37,397 nucleotides of DNA from a virus (Duplodnaviria; Heunggongvirae; Uroviricota; Caudoviricetes): IMG/VR virus record IMGVR_UViG_2563366852_000004, positions 1 to 37,397 of that record. One strand, written 5' to 3'. Below the pieces are notes generated by a model. The model had not been told where the DNA came from, did not search any database, and saw nothing but the letters and a program-made list of their open reading frames with translations. The position numbers and the translations under genes are program-made. The stretch's first letter is position 1; each line of letters begins with the position of its first letter. Of this stretch, positions 1 through 10,730 are shown in pieces.

Positions 1-1110
1 TTAAAGACTTCTTCTTGTGCTTAATTTCAAGTTCATCTTTGCCCATGCATTTCTTATTATTTTATTTGCCGGCATCTCAATTAATTTAAATGATATAATA
101 GAGAAAAATATAGAAATACCCAGACAGCAAACTATATAAAATATAACATCACGTACATCATTTTTGTTTGGTTGCATTATTTCCATTAGCTTAGAAATTA
201 TGATCCAGTGGAACATGTAAAATGAGAAGGATGCCTCTCCTAATAGAATTAGATATCTGTTAGATAAAAATTTAGAAATCACCCCGCCATCAAATGCAAA
301 CGCTATTACTATCATAGCCATACATGGGATATAAAGAAGATCATATTTTATATTCATGTACGAAACATAATTTGTTGCTACATATACGGTAAACGCCAAA
401 AAAAACAGAGAGCCAATCTCCATGGCACTACATATCGCAGGTTTTATATTTACTTTTTTAGCAAGAAACACTCTACTGATTAATACACCAATAATAAAAT
501 CGCCAATCCTGAAAAATGGATTTATATAAAACAGCCAGTGTGATGAAATATTAACTGGTGGGTTCAATAAAAAAAATAAATTAACAATAACAATTACCAA
601 AAGAGTACTTGTTAGATATCGTGACTTAAACTTTACAAGAAGACAAAAAGATAAATAAAAAAACATCTCACACGAGATACTCCATGATACGGGGTTAAAA
701 GAAAAATAGTAATCTGAGATAGGGATAAATGATTGAACCAATAGCGCATTATATATTAATGACTCTTTATTTATAGCCTCAAAGTTTTTTGTATAGCCAA
801 ATATAAAAAGGACACATATCAATGATATAATATGAACAGGAAATAATCTCGCGAGTCTGTAAACTATGAAGTCCTTGTTGCTAAATTTACCTTCTTCCAT
901 ATGCTTACTAAAGCTGTAATTAATAATAAATCCGGAAAGAATATAGAAGAAAGTAACCCCTATATAACCATTAAAAAAGTATTTTGCCGCAACATTGAAC
1001 TGCGAGATCGAAGACTGAGACAAAATGCCTAGATGGCTAACAAATACACCAAGAGCCGCAAGCATTCGAAGTGATGTAAGGCTATGAATAATTTTGTTTT
1101 TCTGAGTCAT
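1..1110 (-). CDS. Acyltransferase family 3 integral membrane protein (O-antigen acetylase-like, probable lysogenic conversion gene)
   Basis: 369 aa ORF, ATG at 1108-1110, stop at 1-3. Multi-pass hydrophobic protein whose N-terminus (SLRMLAALGVFVSHLG) is typical of Acyl_transf_3 O-acetyltransferases. Visibly AT-rich; sits next to the tailspike at the prophage end, as oac does in Sf6-type phages. Confidence 0.75.
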   Translation of the reverse strand: MTQKNKIIHSLTSLRMLAALGVFVSHLGILSQSSISQFNVAAKYFFNGYIGVTFFYILSGFIINYSFSKHMEEGKFSNKDFIVYRLARLFPVHIISLICVLFIFGYTKNFEAINKESLIYNALLVQSFIPISDYYFSFNPVSWSISCEMFFYLSFCLLVKFKSRYLTSTLLVIVIVNLFFLLNPPVNISSHWLFYINPFFRIGDFIIGVLISRVFLAKKVNIKPAICSAMEIGSLFFLAFTVYVATNYVSYMNIKYDLLYIPCMAMIVIAFAFDGGVISKFLSNRYLILLGEASFSFYMFHWIIISKLMEIMQPNKNDVRDVIFYIVCCLGISIFFSIISFKLIEMPANKIIRNAWAKMNLKLSTRRSL

Positions 1111-1180
1111 AACACTGCCAATATCATTAATGATCTTGGCAGGTTAGTTTCATCTATGAGCTATGTCAATACTTGTAAAT

Positions 1181-2977
1181 TCAAAACTCCTGAACATCTG
1201 CGTTACCAGAGATGTTCCAGATTGATTTCGGAGACCCATTTACCCCTATCATCCTTACCTTCAACTTAGAACCGCTTGCTCTTGGTACGGTTAAATTTGC
1301 AGCAGATGGATTTATAGCCCAATCTCCACCATTTAATATGACACTCATTTCAACTACGCCACCATTATCAATATCTATTATAGGTGTTTGCATTACCGGG
1401 CTTTGTTGATCAATTGGCAGAAAGCCATTGACAATAATAGATGGTCTGAATGATGGGTTTCCCTGAACGCTAACACGCAGTTGCCCACCCTTAACAAATT
1501 CTGTTGCACAAGTATTCATGACAATGCAATAAGGATTTACAAAATCAAATGCATAGCAAATTGATTCCCCATCCATTGGCGTGCAGTTTTCAGCTGTACA
1601 ATTGGTCATGGTAGTATATTGCATTCCGGACATTCTAAATGACAACTGGTAACCGTTAACCTGAACAAGGCGCATATCCATAGAGGTGCCTATTACTCTT
1701 ATTTGACCATCCCTAAAATCTTCAAATAAAACTCCAGCATATCCTTTCCCGGGATATTGTGGGAAACCTACCATTTCCATTACGCCAGAGAACGGTACAT
1801 AAGAGAAGCAGCCGATATAAGCACATTCAAAAATTGACTGTCTGATAACTGGTGCTGCTGATTTTCCTAAAAACAATCCGTAATAATTTCTATAAGAATC
1901 TACGTTTTCTTGTGTTAAACCAAGCCTTCTAAACATGCAGTTTTCAACTCTACCGTTAACACAAAATGAACTCATTGAGTTATCCGTTAGATCCCATTGC
2001 TTTGGTATAAAAGCACATAATGCATCCACCTGAAGAATTACCTCTCCATTTTTTGTGAGATCTATTTTGTCATTTGTTGTTTTATAAAAAACTGTCGCTT
2101 CAGCCTTTCCATGGCCTCTAATTCCCATATTGTCATAAATTGGGATTGTTTTTGATGTATTTATGTTTCCAGCAGGAGCCTCTAGAATGCATTTGTTTGA
2201 GCGAGCAAAGTTAGTTGCAAGAGTTATGGCTGTCGCATTATCTGTTACTCCGTCAGGTTTCACCCCCCAAAATTGCATGTCGTAAGTGGTAAAATTAAAT
2301 CGTCTCCATACCATCGTTCCAGTTTCTGGCTTGATTACAATTCCACCATCATCAGCCCACGCCTGAATGTTATCAACAGACTCGAAAAAGCCGCCACCAA
2401 GGTGGTTTTCAGCATGTGTAGTGCTAGCTGCTGAGGCTACGTATACAATCTGCCCTGCCTCCTCTGGAACACAGGAGCGAAGCTCTGAAAGATTGAGAAA
2501 GCGGCCAATAGCGTTAAACCCTGTTTTAGCAGTTAATGAATCATGTGTAGCTTTCAAGATCTCCAGCTCAATCTTTACGGTTGTGCCTCCATAACCAACC
2601 AGAGATGCGCCATCAGGGCCAGAAAGCTCAGCCCTTAACTGGTCTGGAGAATATTTCAGTAGATCAGGATAATAGAATTGTTGTGCACCATATGCATCAT
2701 ACACAGCCATGGAGTGATTCTGTACAGTTGCGAACTTGGCGATCTGCCCGTTATATACCGGATATCCAGCAGCGTTGATAACTATTGGCTGCGCCACCTG
2801 AACATGAGAGCCATCTTCTCGTTCCAGATATACAGGGATCTGGTTTTCAGGATTTACCGGGTCAGTGTCAACCTGACCGATATAAATTTTGCCATTAGCT
2901 ACGGCTTTAAAAGAACGCGCCATAGTGAAGAGTTGCGAAGGCATACTCACTACAACATTGGCTGTAATGTCTGTCAT
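1181..2977 (-). CDS. Tailspike protein (P22 gp9-like N-terminal head-binding domain, divergent C-terminal receptor-binding domain)
   Basis: 598 aa. First ~110 aa ([11 protein letters not shown]...[27 protein letters not shown]...DGSHVQ) match the P22 tailspike head-binding domain from memory; the rest is unrelated to P22 gp9. ATG at 2975-2977. Confidence 0.85.
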   Translation of the reverse strand: MTDITANVVVSMPSQLFTMARSFKAVANGKIYIGQVDTDPVNPENQIPVYLEREDGSHVQVAQPIVINAAGYPVYNGQIAKFATVQNHSMAVYDAYGAQQFYYPDLLKYSPDQLRAELSGPDGASLVGYGGTTVKIELEILKATHDSLTAKTGFNAIGRFLNLSELRSCVPEEAGQIVYVASAASTTHAENHLGGGFFESVDNIQAWADDGGIVIKPETGTMVWRRFNFTTYDMQFWGVKPDGVTDNATAITLATNFARSNKCILEAPAGNINTSKTIPIYDNMGIRGHGKAEATVFYKTTNDKIDLTKNGEVILQVDALCAFIPKQWDLTDNSMSSFCVNGRVENCMFRRLGLTQENVDSYRNYYGLFLGKSAAPVIRQSIFECAYIGCFSYVPFSGVMEMVGFPQYPGKGYAGVLFEDFRDGQIRVIGTSMDMRLVQVNGYQLSFRMSGMQYTTMTNCTAENCTPMDGESICYAFDFVNPYCIVMNTCATEFVKGGQLRVSVQGNPSFRPSIIVNGFLPIDQQSPVMQTPIIDIDNGGVVEMSVILNGGDWAINPSAANLTVPRASGSKLKVRMIGVNGSPKSIWNISGNADVQEF

Positions 2978-3035
2978 CTAATTTGCTCCAGATGCAAGGA
3001 ATCGCCGCAGCATGGCTACGGTGAATTTTTGGCAT

Positions 3036-3058
3036 AAAAAAACCCAGCCGAAGCTGGG
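3036..3058 (-). terminator. Intrinsic terminator between ejection-protein gene and tailspike gene
   Basis: Minus strand reads CCCAGC-TTCG-GCTGGG followed by TTTTTTT (plus strand aaaaaaacccagccgaagctggg). Confidence 0.6.
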
Positions 3059-3164
3059 TCGTTGCGTTGGTTATCTGTCAGTAGTTATGTACTGAAGGAG
3101 GTAATTCTTATTCTTAAGTCTTATCAGGATTTGGAAACACAGTTATATGCAACAGTAGATAAAA

Positions 3165-5294
3165 CTATTCATATTCATTCATACCGCTTAACGAGGCGAC
3201 AATACCAGCTCTCGACAAGCGATTGAATTCATCGCTACCAATAGCATCGCGTATTGCTTTTACGGCAGCTTTATTTGCCATAAATCTGCGTTCCGCCGCC
3301 ACTAATGCCTCTTTGCTTCCGCCTGCTCTTACTGCTTTAGTGGCTTCCTGAACTGCTTTCTCTATCGCATACCGACCACTACGTGTGGTGGCAATTTTAG
3401 ATACAGCGCCTTTTAACCCGGCGCCAACTAAAGCACCTGCGGCAGCGCCTGCAATGCCCCCTCCTGCTCCACCAACAATGGCACCTGATGTTGAGTTGGC
3501 AATTGCATTTAACACTGTTGATGTGACGTTGGATAAACCGGCATCCAGATCGCGTAGTACATTGGCAGTTCTCCCTGTTCTTTCAATATACTGCTGAGGT
3601 TTCACTGCTGCTCTTGCAAGAGTGCCATATGCATCAGCAATTCTTCCGAGATCTGAGGAATATCTGCTAATGGCTTTTACATTTTGTGGGGTAAGTATCC
3701 CTGCGATATGGTTAATTCCTGCTGCATCAGCTTTGCCACCACGTACACCATGCGAGATAGCATCTTGCAACATTGATGATATAGCAGGAACACGCTCTGA
3801 TTCTGGCAGCGCGCGGATCATAGAATGGAACCCAGCAGGACCATTAAGACCTTTAGCTGACGATGATTGAAGGGATTTTACTCCATTCGTAATCAGTGCA
3901 TCTGTTGCCAAATCACGCCCGAAAACAGACTCTGCACTCTCTTGTGCTGATAACCTCGCTTTAGACAGATCATTAGCTTTCTGCCAGTCATCAAGAAATC
4001 CGCCGTTTTCCGCCATTGTGCGCATATCATCAGTAATTGCCCGGCGTATTTCCCCTGCTCTCCTTGCCGCATTTGCCTCTCCGCTACGCTTATATTTTTG
4101 CTCCGCATCAGCAAATTTCGCTCTCCATGCTTTCATGCCATCAAATGTTACTCCACCTTGATTGTTTGCCTGAACAAACTGTTTCATTTCAGGAGTAAGC
4201 GGTATGCCAGCAGATCGCTCTGCCTGAATAACGGCATTACCATTTAGCATTCTTGCTTTTTGATTTGGCATTGTTGACCGCACGTCATCCCATGCCGCGC
4301 GCTCGGCATCCTTCATCTGATCAAGATTTTGAAGAATCCTTTGTTTTATAGCCGCACTTTTTTCTGATGCCGTTCCAGATGCGGCCCCAAATTCATCAAG
4401 GTTTCGACTTAACTTTGATGATATTTCGTTAAATGCTGCCTGATGGGCGTCCTGAACAATTCCTGGTGTTGATGCCAATGCGCCTTCAGCTTGTGCAATT
4501 CCACGACTTCCAGATCGCATTCCTGGTGTTAATGCGTTTATATCAATTCCAGCAGACTCAGCCGCTTTTGCTACATCTTCGGACACATTAGCGGCCTGAC
4601 TGGCAATTGACTGACGCCCAGCACCTGACTTTGCCATCCTGGAAACATCATTAGCAGAATTCAGTGCTGCACCACCAAGAGCCTGTGAAACCCTTGGCGC
4701 AATAACGCGCCCGACACCTGAAAGAACGCCTTGAGCACCAATATTGATACCACCGTTAATGGCAGCATTTTGTGCAAAGTCGCCCTCCTGATTTGCAGCA
4801 TCAGCAAGAGAACCTGCAATCATGTTTCCTGCGGAACCGATATCTCCAGCGAGCTTTGCTGGCGCTCCAGCAGCTTTTGCCGCTGTGCCAATTGGCAGGA
4901 GATACCCACCAATTGTTTCACCGACTTGCGCGTAAGGGTCTGTAGGTCGATCGACAGGGCGATAAACATCATCCAAAACCTTGGGGCCACCAAGCCCCTG
5001 GCTGATTGCATTAATCAGACTTGCGCCACCCTGCAATACGTCAAATGGTATGTTTACCAGACCACGACCAGCCTGTTCTGCAATTTGCCCTGCACTTTGA
5101 CCACCTGTGAGCCAATCACCAGCTTGTTGCATCAATGATGGTTCTTCACGTGCTGGTTCATTATTGGCCTGATTAACTGTTTGTTGCTGAACAGCCTGAC
5201 CAGCAAAATACTCATCAATGGCGGTGCCAATATCTTCCGTGCTCGTACCATCAGGGAAGGTAAATGTCTTTCCGTTTGCAGTTACTTTCATCAT
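3165..5294 (-). CDS. Ejection/DNA-transfer protein (P22 gp16-like)
   Basis: 709 aa, Ala/Gly-rich, last of three consecutive ejection-protein-like genes in the conserved P22 order 7-20-16 before the tailspike. Call is positional and compositional. Confidence 0.65.
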   Translation of the reverse strand: MMKVTANGKTFTFPDGTSTEDIGTAIDEYFAGQAVQQQTVNQANNEPAREEPSLMQQAGDWLTGGQSAGQIAEQAGRGLVNIPFDVLQGGASLINAISQGLGGPKVLDDVYRPVDRPTDPYAQVGETIGGYLLPIGTAAKAAGAPAKLAGDIGSAGNMIAGSLADAANQEGDFAQNAAINGGINIGAQGVLSGVGRVIAPRVSQALGGAALNSANDVSRMAKSGAGRQSIASQAANVSEDVAKAAESAGIDINALTPGMRSGSRGIAQAEGALASTPGIVQDAHQAAFNEISSKLSRNLDEFGAASGTASEKSAAIKQRILQNLDQMKDAERAAWDDVRSTMPNQKARMLNGNAVIQAERSAGIPLTPEMKQFVQANNQGGVTFDGMKAWRAKFADAEQKYKRSGEANAARRAGEIRRAITDDMRTMAENGGFLDDWQKANDLSKARLSAQESAESVFGRDLATDALITNGVKSLQSSSAKGLNGPAGFHSMIRALPESERVPAISSMLQDAISHGVRGGKADAAGINHIAGILTPQNVKAISRYSSDLGRIADAYGTLARAAVKPQQYIERTGRTANVLRDLDAGLSNVTSTVLNAIANSTSGAIVGGAGGGIAGAAAGALVGAGLKGAVSKIATTRSGRYAIEKAVQEATKAVRAGGSKEALVAAERRFMANKAAVKAIRDAIGSDEFNRLSRAGIVASLSGMNEYE

Positions 5295-6622
5295 TCCACC
5301 GTAAATTGAATGCCTGATTTTGAGGTATATGATCCGGATTGACTCTGCTGCTGTTGGGTATTTGTCGGTTGTTGGTTATTGCTCTGTTGTTGCGCAGGCT
5401 GCTGAATATCTTCATACAGCTTGGCTTTTCTGGATTGCAATTGCTTAGTTAGTCCGCTGGGGAGAGAATCTCCATAAGTTGAAAGATAATCATCCATTTG
5501 CTGGTTAAACTTTTCGCCTTCAGTATTTGCCATCAGTTTTGAGGTGTTGATTAAGTCCTGGACTTGCTCATTATTCAGCATCTTGCCGTTAGATAATTGG
5601 CTAACATAGTTACCAAGTGTGCCGAATATTCCATCAGTGCGTTTTACCTGCACTTGCTCACCTTCGCGTACCACAGATTGCGGATCCAGCGATTTCATAT
5701 AGTTGAAAATCATTCCCAACTGCGCGGCTGGAGTGTTGCGCTTCCCAAGGGCTTGTAGGTTGTCAGAAGCACTGCGCATTGCAGAATAATTCTTTGAGAA
5801 CCCATTAATATCACTATTCAGATCTCGAACAAGTTTTGGGTCAATCTTTCCGCTTTCCTGTTGTTTCATCCCTAATTCCTGCAACTTCAGGGCTACGTTA
5901 TCATTATGCATTTGTGCCCGCTGAGCCCTGTCTAGTTGAGCGTTTTGGATATTTGCCCATCCTCTCGCGTTCTCCATGTCAGCCTGACGGATGCTTTCAT
6001 CCAATCGCCCTTTCTCAAGTTGGCGACCAACCATCTTATCCTGATAATCCAGCATTTTATCCGGACCAACAGCCCCTAGCGTCATAGTAGTCAGCATGTG
6101 TGATAGCTGCTCTGGATTCTGGATACCTGTCTGAATCATCCAGTCAGCATTCGCACCCACGCGATTTAACCTGTCCTTGTTGTCAGTAATGAATTTACTG
6201 TAGGCTTCCGGTCCCTGAGAAAGAGCGACGTTAGCCCTCATGGCTAAATCGCCCATATCGTTGCGTTGCTGCTCATTAAGACCGGAAAACGCCTGTTGTG
6301 CCTGTGCAACAAACGCTGGATTTTCCTGGGCAAACTTAAATAGTCCCGATGGATCACCAGAAGCCCATGCATCAGCGTGAACCTTATTGAACGCACTAAT
6401 AGCTTTCTGTTGCTGTTCCTGCTTATAAATATCAGCAACTCCAGCCAGACCACGTAACGCGGTCAGACCAACGTTATTTGCGCCTGATCGAGCCAGTTCA
6501 TTGTTTTCGCGGATCAGACCAAGCGTTGCGTTAATGTCGCTTGCCTTTGGCGCATTCTCATTTTGCGCACCGATGCCAGCAAGAAACCCACCAGAATTAA
6601 TACCCTGTTGCCACGTAGCCAT
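5291..6622 (-). CDS. Ejection protein (P22 gp20-like)
   Basis: 443 aa, Gln/Asn-rich; between gp7-like and gp16-like genes; 4-nt overlap with downstream gene. Confidence 0.65.
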   Translation of the reverse strand: MATWQQGINSGGFLAGIGAQNENAPKASDINATLGLIRENNELARSGANNVGLTALRGLAGVADIYKQEQQQKAISAFNKVHADAWASGDPSGLFKFAQENPAFVAQAQQAFSGLNEQQRNDMGDLAMRANVALSQGPEAYSKFITDNKDRLNRVGANADWMIQTGIQNPEQLSHMLTTMTLGAVGPDKMLDYQDKMVGRQLEKGRLDESIRQADMENARGWANIQNAQLDRAQRAQMHNDNVALKLQELGMKQQESGKIDPKLVRDLNSDINGFSKNYSAMRSASDNLQALGKRNTPAAQLGMIFNYMKSLDPQSVVREGEQVQVKRTDGIFGTLGNYVSQLSNGKMLNNEQVQDLINTSKLMANTEGEKFNQQMDDYLSTYGDSLPSGLTKQLQSRKAKLYEDIQQPAQQQSNNQQPTNTQQQQSQSGSYTSKSGIQFTVE

Positions 6623-6632
6623 TGATTAACCC

Positions 6633-7325
6633 TTAAAACAGTGAACCAAGCAGACCAAGACCAGCACCAATACCAGCACCCCACGGAGTTGATAGCTCGA
6701 GAGCACTGGCTATGCCACCACCCAAAAGCGCACCGGATGCAGCACCACTAACCCCCTGCTGCAATGCTGACGGTCGGTTGGCGTTTGCCGCAGCCAGCGC
6801 CGCGCTTTGCTGTGAAATCTGACTCATGTTGTTGGCATATGTTTGCCCGGCGTTTGCCTGCCCCTGAAGAGCGCCAAGACCGATATTTGCCAGGTTGTTG
6901 TAATTGTTCATTTGTCCAGATAGCCATTGCTGACCAAGCGTTGGTGCGATTGTTGCTAACTGATTACTGGTTGCGGTGGAACCCAATCCACCTGTTGCTT
7001 CCGCTGCCGCCAGACTCTGATAGCGAGCCTGACCTGCAAGGTCTTTATACTGCTGAGAGTTGTAATACTGGTTAAGTGCCTGACCTTGCCCCTCCAGAGA
7101 CGATAAGTTTTCGAGGCTGCCGACATACTTATCAGCCAGAGGAGTAAACGGCTTCAGGTTATTCATGATGGTGTTGAACTGCTGATTTTGCAGGTCTGCG
7201 GCATACTTCTGAGCTTCTGCTGCATACTTTGCGCTTTTATCAGAGCTACCACCTTTCCCGCCTTTTTCAGGGCAATAAGGTTCCTCGCCGCGCAGTTTTC
7301 TGCCCAGTTTAAATGCATATAACAT
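6633..7325 (-). CDS. Ejection protein (P22 gp7-like)
   Basis: 230 aa; N-terminus MLYAFKLGRKLRGEEPYCPEKGGKGG followed by a Gln/Ala-rich region and a Gly-rich hydrophobic C-terminus; P22 gp7 is about this size. Confidence 0.65.
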   Translation of the reverse strand: MLYAFKLGRKLRGEEPYCPEKGGKGGSSDKSAKYAAEAQKYAADLQNQQFNTIMNNLKPFTPLADKYVGSLENLSSLEGQGQALNQYYNSQQYKDLAGQARYQSLAAAEATGGLGSTATSNQLATIAPTLGQQWLSGQMNNYNNLANIGLGALQGQANAGQTYANNMSQISQQSAALAAANANRPSALQQGVSGAASGALLGGGIASALELSTPWGAGIGAGLGLLGSLF

Positions 7326-7327
7326 GG

Positions 7328-7786
7328 CTATCTCCCGTGATTCAGGAAGTCGATTAGTTCTTCGCGTGTGGCGCTGTAAAACGTCACGTCATCCACGCCT
7401 TTGAAGTATTTCTTGATAGTTCCTACACGCTTAAGGCCAATCATTGCGCAGTACATCTGCCCGTGGCGGAATTTGCGTGCAGCGAACGATGTGACGCACT
7501 GAACGGTGGTGTTAGTCAGAATGTATCGCCAGAACGCCAGCCCGATTTCCTTGCTGAAGCCGCGAATCTCTGGCAGGTACATGGCGTGGCAATCGAATGT
7601 CAGCGGCTGAATCTCCTGATAGTAAACAATGCCGCCGAACTGCCCGTGCACGTTCACCTCAAAGTAACGGCAATCATGTTTGTAGTCGTATCCATCACCG
7701 TTGTTGCTCCCGGCAATAATGTCAGGGTGATTTCCGACTGCTTCGATCAGGTCGATGTTTCGCGTTGGTTTGAACTGAATCATCAC
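7328..7786 (-). CDS. Virion assembly protein (P22 gp14-like, positional call)
   Basis: 152 aa ORF between the tail needle and gp7-like genes, matching the P22 order 26-14-7. Confidence 0.55.
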   Translation of the reverse strand: MMIQFKPTRNIDLIEAVGNHPDIIAGSNNGDGYDYKHDCRYFEVNVHGQFGGIVYYQEIQPLTFDCHAMYLPEIRGFSKEIGLAFWRYILTNTTVQCVTSFAARKFRHGQMYCAMIGLKRVGTIKKYFKGVDDVTFYSATREELIDFLNHGR

Positions 7787-8631
7787 TGCTCCGCAATGAT
7801 TTTGATGGTTGTGGCAGTAAACGCCGCCCCATTTGACTGAATGGTTAACGTACTGCCATTTGTGGCAAGAAAGCCGTCTTTATCCACGCTGAAGAACGTA
7901 GCTAACAGGATGTTGTCGGTTGTTGTCGCCGCATTACGACTGCTGACCAACGTGTCAGGAACAGAGCCGGAAAAGGTTAGCTGCATTGACCTGTTGGCGG
8001 TTCCGCTGGGCCACGTGCCGACAATCGACAACTTGAAGAGCAGGGTTTTGTTCTCGTTGAACACAACCATCTTGTTGTTAACGGTGTCGAAGAATGGTGC
8101 CAACGAGCCTGATGACGGCGTGAGCGTTTTCAGCAGGCTAACAAGGTTGGTCGGCGCTGTCGGAATGGTTACAGATACGCCAGAGTAAACAACCTCTGAT
8201 TTCTTGCGAGTAGTGGCATACTCAAGAGCATCGATGCGCGTCTCATGGTCTGAAAGCGTGTTTTGAATGGCGACAACTTCATCCGTCAGATAATCAATAT
8301 CGTTTTCTGCTGTCGTTAATCGCGAATCAAGGCCGACTATCGCCGCTTCTGCGTTAGTGATCCTTGTTTCGTGGTCCTGAATATTAGCTTCAACTGATGC
8401 CAGTCGAATTTCGTGATCGACAAGAATCACATCCTGCTCATCGTTCCTGACTTGTGCGTCATAAGCGCCCTGCCCTGCTTCGTTGGCCTTGTTCGCCACG
8501 TTACCAACATCAGTACCCTGTGCGATAACGTACAGCAGATATGACTGCGAGAAGATATTGCGTGGAAGGACTGATGTGTCGAGCCGCGTAGCCTGGATGA
8601 TTACCGGCTCATTTAGATTCGAATCAGCCAT
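7783..8631 (-). CDS. Tail needle protein (P22 gp26-like) with C-terminal extension
   Basis: Internal ATG at 8629-8631 gives [43 protein letters not shown]...[18 protein letters not shown], which closely matches the P22 gp26 N-terminus from memory. The 282 aa product is about 50 aa longer than P22 gp26 (233 aa). Start overlaps the upstream stop by 1 nt. Confidence 0.85.
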   Translation of the reverse strand: MADSNLNEPVIIQATRLDTSVLPRNIFSQSYLLYVIAQGTDVGNVANKANEAGQGAYDAQVRNDEQDVILVDHEIRLASVEANIQDHETRITNAEAAIVGLDSRLTTAENDIDYLTDEVVAIQNTLSDHETRIDALEYATTRKKSEVVYSGVSVTIPTAPTNLVSLLKTLTPSSGSLAPFFDTVNNKMVVFNENKTLLFKLSIVGTWPSGTANRSMQLTFSGSVPDTLVSSRNAATTTDNILLATFFSVDKDGFLATNGSTLTIQSNGAAFTATTIKIIAEQ

Positions 8632-10049
8632 TACTCGATCCTTATCTGGCAGCCTGACAGAGTGACAGGTGACTTCGTGATAACGCGCAATTTGAAGCCG
8701 ACATTTTTCCTGATGCGCCCGACTCGCTTCCACAAAACGCGTTTGTCGTAAACGAACGGTTCATTCTGTTCAATCATCTGCTCACGTCCGTAATTTATGC
8801 CGTCAGTGGTTGCAGAGAGGAACAGGCGGTCGGCGTACTGCGCAACGCCAGTTGACGATTCAACCTCAAGATCGAACACTCTGGCGTTATCCGCTTTGAA
8901 CAACGGAGTAAACAGCAGGTGTTCCTGCTGAAGCCCATACTGACTGCTGATATCGAACTGCAATTTCCCGGTAACCGATTCCAGCTTATCGCCGCACGTT
9001 ATCTGATTTCCTTCGTAAATGAAGTCAATAGCGCGGTACACATCGTCATATAAGCCTGTTTTCAGCACACACCATTGCGGACCATTGGCGCTTGAAGATG
9101 CGTCGTACACGAGTACGTGGCGCGGAAGATGGATAATCAGCAACTCATGCGCATCAAATCGCAGAGACTCCATCACGCCATCAGCCAGTTCATCAGCAGT
9201 GTAGGAGCGTAGTATTTTCTCAATGCTCGCGCTGGCGATTGGTGATACCTGACCAGAGCCGATGATATACACAGACGGCGCACCTGTTGCCGGATTGCTG
9301 ATGAACGCATACGAATCAGCAAACGGCGTTTTGCAGTAAGTCCCGGCAATGCCTTTTTGCACCATCAGCGATGGCTGTGCGACATACAAAGCGGCACCAA
9401 CGGTGGTTGCCCCAGTCAGGGAGAAATATTCAATCGTCGATGAACCAAAACAGACGATGAAATCTCGCCATGTGCCGATACCTATGATGCCGTCCGGCTG
9501 CGATTCTGCGCGATATTGAGCACTGTAACGGTCAGGATGCGATTCGTCCTCAAGGTCAGTGATAAACCATGAATCAGTGCCGTCTTTTGACCACGCATAA
9601 CGCCCACGTAAGCGCGTAATGTCGCGAACCGAACCTAACTCATACTGCGTGAATCCGCTGTCTGTAGGCCAGTTTGAGACGGTTTTAACCGTGCCATCAT
9701 AGCGATACTCGACCAGTTGACCATTAAAGCCTACAGCCTGAGATGTACGACCATGCGCCATTGATACACGACCACTTCCGGCAACATCACCGACTTCACT
9801 TTCGCCCTTATACAGCTTGCCACCACATACGCGATAAACAGCATTCTGCGCCATGTTGTACTCGACGCCCCGCGATACGCCGTTCACGTCGGAACGTTTG
9901 GCAATGCCCGGGAATGAGCGAAGATATCCGCTGCTGTTGAGGATTTCTTTGGGTGTAGCCAGCATATTCACTGGCAGATAGTCGATATAGTCGGCGCTTC
10001 GAAAGTCTTTGCCGACACCTTTCATAAGCGGAAGTTGCTGAATCGGCAT
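8631..10049 (-). CDS. Head completion / tail hub protein (P22 gp10-like)
   Basis: 472 aa, the same length as P22 gp10, in the conserved position between gp4-like and gp26-like genes. Confidence 0.75.
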   Translation of the reverse strand: MPIQQLPLMKGVGKDFRSADYIDYLPVNMLATPKEILNSSGYLRSFPGIAKRSDVNGVSRGVEYNMAQNAVYRVCGGKLYKGESEVGDVAGSGRVSMAHGRTSQAVGFNGQLVEYRYDGTVKTVSNWPTDSGFTQYELGSVRDITRLRGRYAWSKDGTDSWFITDLEDESHPDRYSAQYRAESQPDGIIGIGTWRDFIVCFGSSTIEYFSLTGATTVGAALYVAQPSLMVQKGIAGTYCKTPFADSYAFISNPATGAPSVYIIGSGQVSPIASASIEKILRSYTADELADGVMESLRFDAHELLIIHLPRHVLVYDASSSANGPQWCVLKTGLYDDVYRAIDFIYEGNQITCGDKLESVTGKLQFDISSQYGLQQEHLLFTPLFKADNARVFDLEVESSTGVAQYADRLFLSATTDGINYGREQMIEQNEPFVYDKRVLWKRVGRIRKNVGFKLRVITKSPVTLSGCQIRIE

Positions 10050-10058
10050 TTATTCACC

Positions 10059-10520
10059 TCACGTACTCGGATTATCTTTCTCGATGTAAAACCGATTCCA
10101 CGTAAACGCGCTTTTGTTACCACTACCGCGAGGCATGTCATTTCGCCGCTCAAGTGGTGGTATTTTGGTTAAAGCGATACAGATTGTCTGATATGCACTG
10201 TCAGCAGCGGTAAGGAGAGCATCCGACGGCTGAATGACGTTATCCATGCACATCTGCACAGCGAGCTTCAAAGCGACGCCATCATTTGCCCATGCAGGGA
10301 TACCTGAATCATCGTCAGGTAACGGCATGATGCCGTTTTCTGTATCAGCAAACTGATATCCAAGCTCGATACCTTTCGCCTGCCATGCTGCCATCATGTC
10401 TTCGAGATCATTAATGGCATCTTCAATTGCCTGAGGGTCAGCATCTGTCAACGTGGCATTGGAATACAGCCCGGCTTTTCGCAAAGCCTTTAGAACGAGA
10501 TCACCCTTCGTTTTCGCCAT
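10059..10520 (-). CDS. Head completion protein (P22 gp4-like)
   Basis: 153 aa; N-terminus KTKGDLV.KALRK.G..S.ATLTD..PQ...DA..DLE.MMA.W resembles P22 gp4 from memory. Confidence 0.75.
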   Translation of the reverse strand: MAKTKGDLVLKALRKAGLYSNATLTDADPQAIEDAINDLEDMMAAWQAKGIELGYQFADTENGIMPLPDDDSGIPAWANDGVALKLAVQMCMDNVIQPSDALLTAADSAYQTICIALTKIPPLERRNDMPRGSGNKSAFTWNRFYIEKDNPST

Positions 10521-10689
10521 CTTCTTCCGCCTTAGCCACTTTTTGCTTCGTTGCGGTTTCTTCAGGAGTTTTTACCCAACCTTTTTTCAGGTGAGATTTA
10601 ACTTCTTCGTCATCAACAATGATGTAATCGACAGCAAACTGACCACAGGTGATCATGTTGCCCGGCTTATAGAGCATTGTTCGTGCCAT
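10501..10689 (-). CDS. Small hypothetical protein between coat and gp4-like genes
   Basis: ATG at 10687-10689 preceded by GGGAG about 6 nt upstream; 62 aa (MARTMLYKPGNMITCGQFAVDYIIVDDEEVKSHLKKGW...). The ORF track shows a longer 74 aa form from an upstream alternative start. Confidence 0.45.
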   Translation of the reverse strand: MARTMLYKPGNMITCGQFAVDYIIVDDEEVKSHLKKGWVKTPEETATKQKVAKAEEDGENEG

Positions 10690-10700
10690 TGTCTTCTCCC

Positions 10701-10723
10701 AATAAAAATGGGGCCGAAGCCCC
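10701..10723 (-). terminator. Hairpin plus T-tract immediately after the coat gene
   Basis: Minus strand GGGGC-TTCG-GCCCC followed by ATTTTTATT, directly downstream of the coat stop codon (10731). Confidence 0.5.
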
Positions 10724-10730
10724 ACCTAAA

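Noticed and set aside
7463-7840. 125 aa plus-strand ORF overlapping the gp14-like and tail needle genes
   Set aside because: It is antisense to tightly packed late genes; no independent support.
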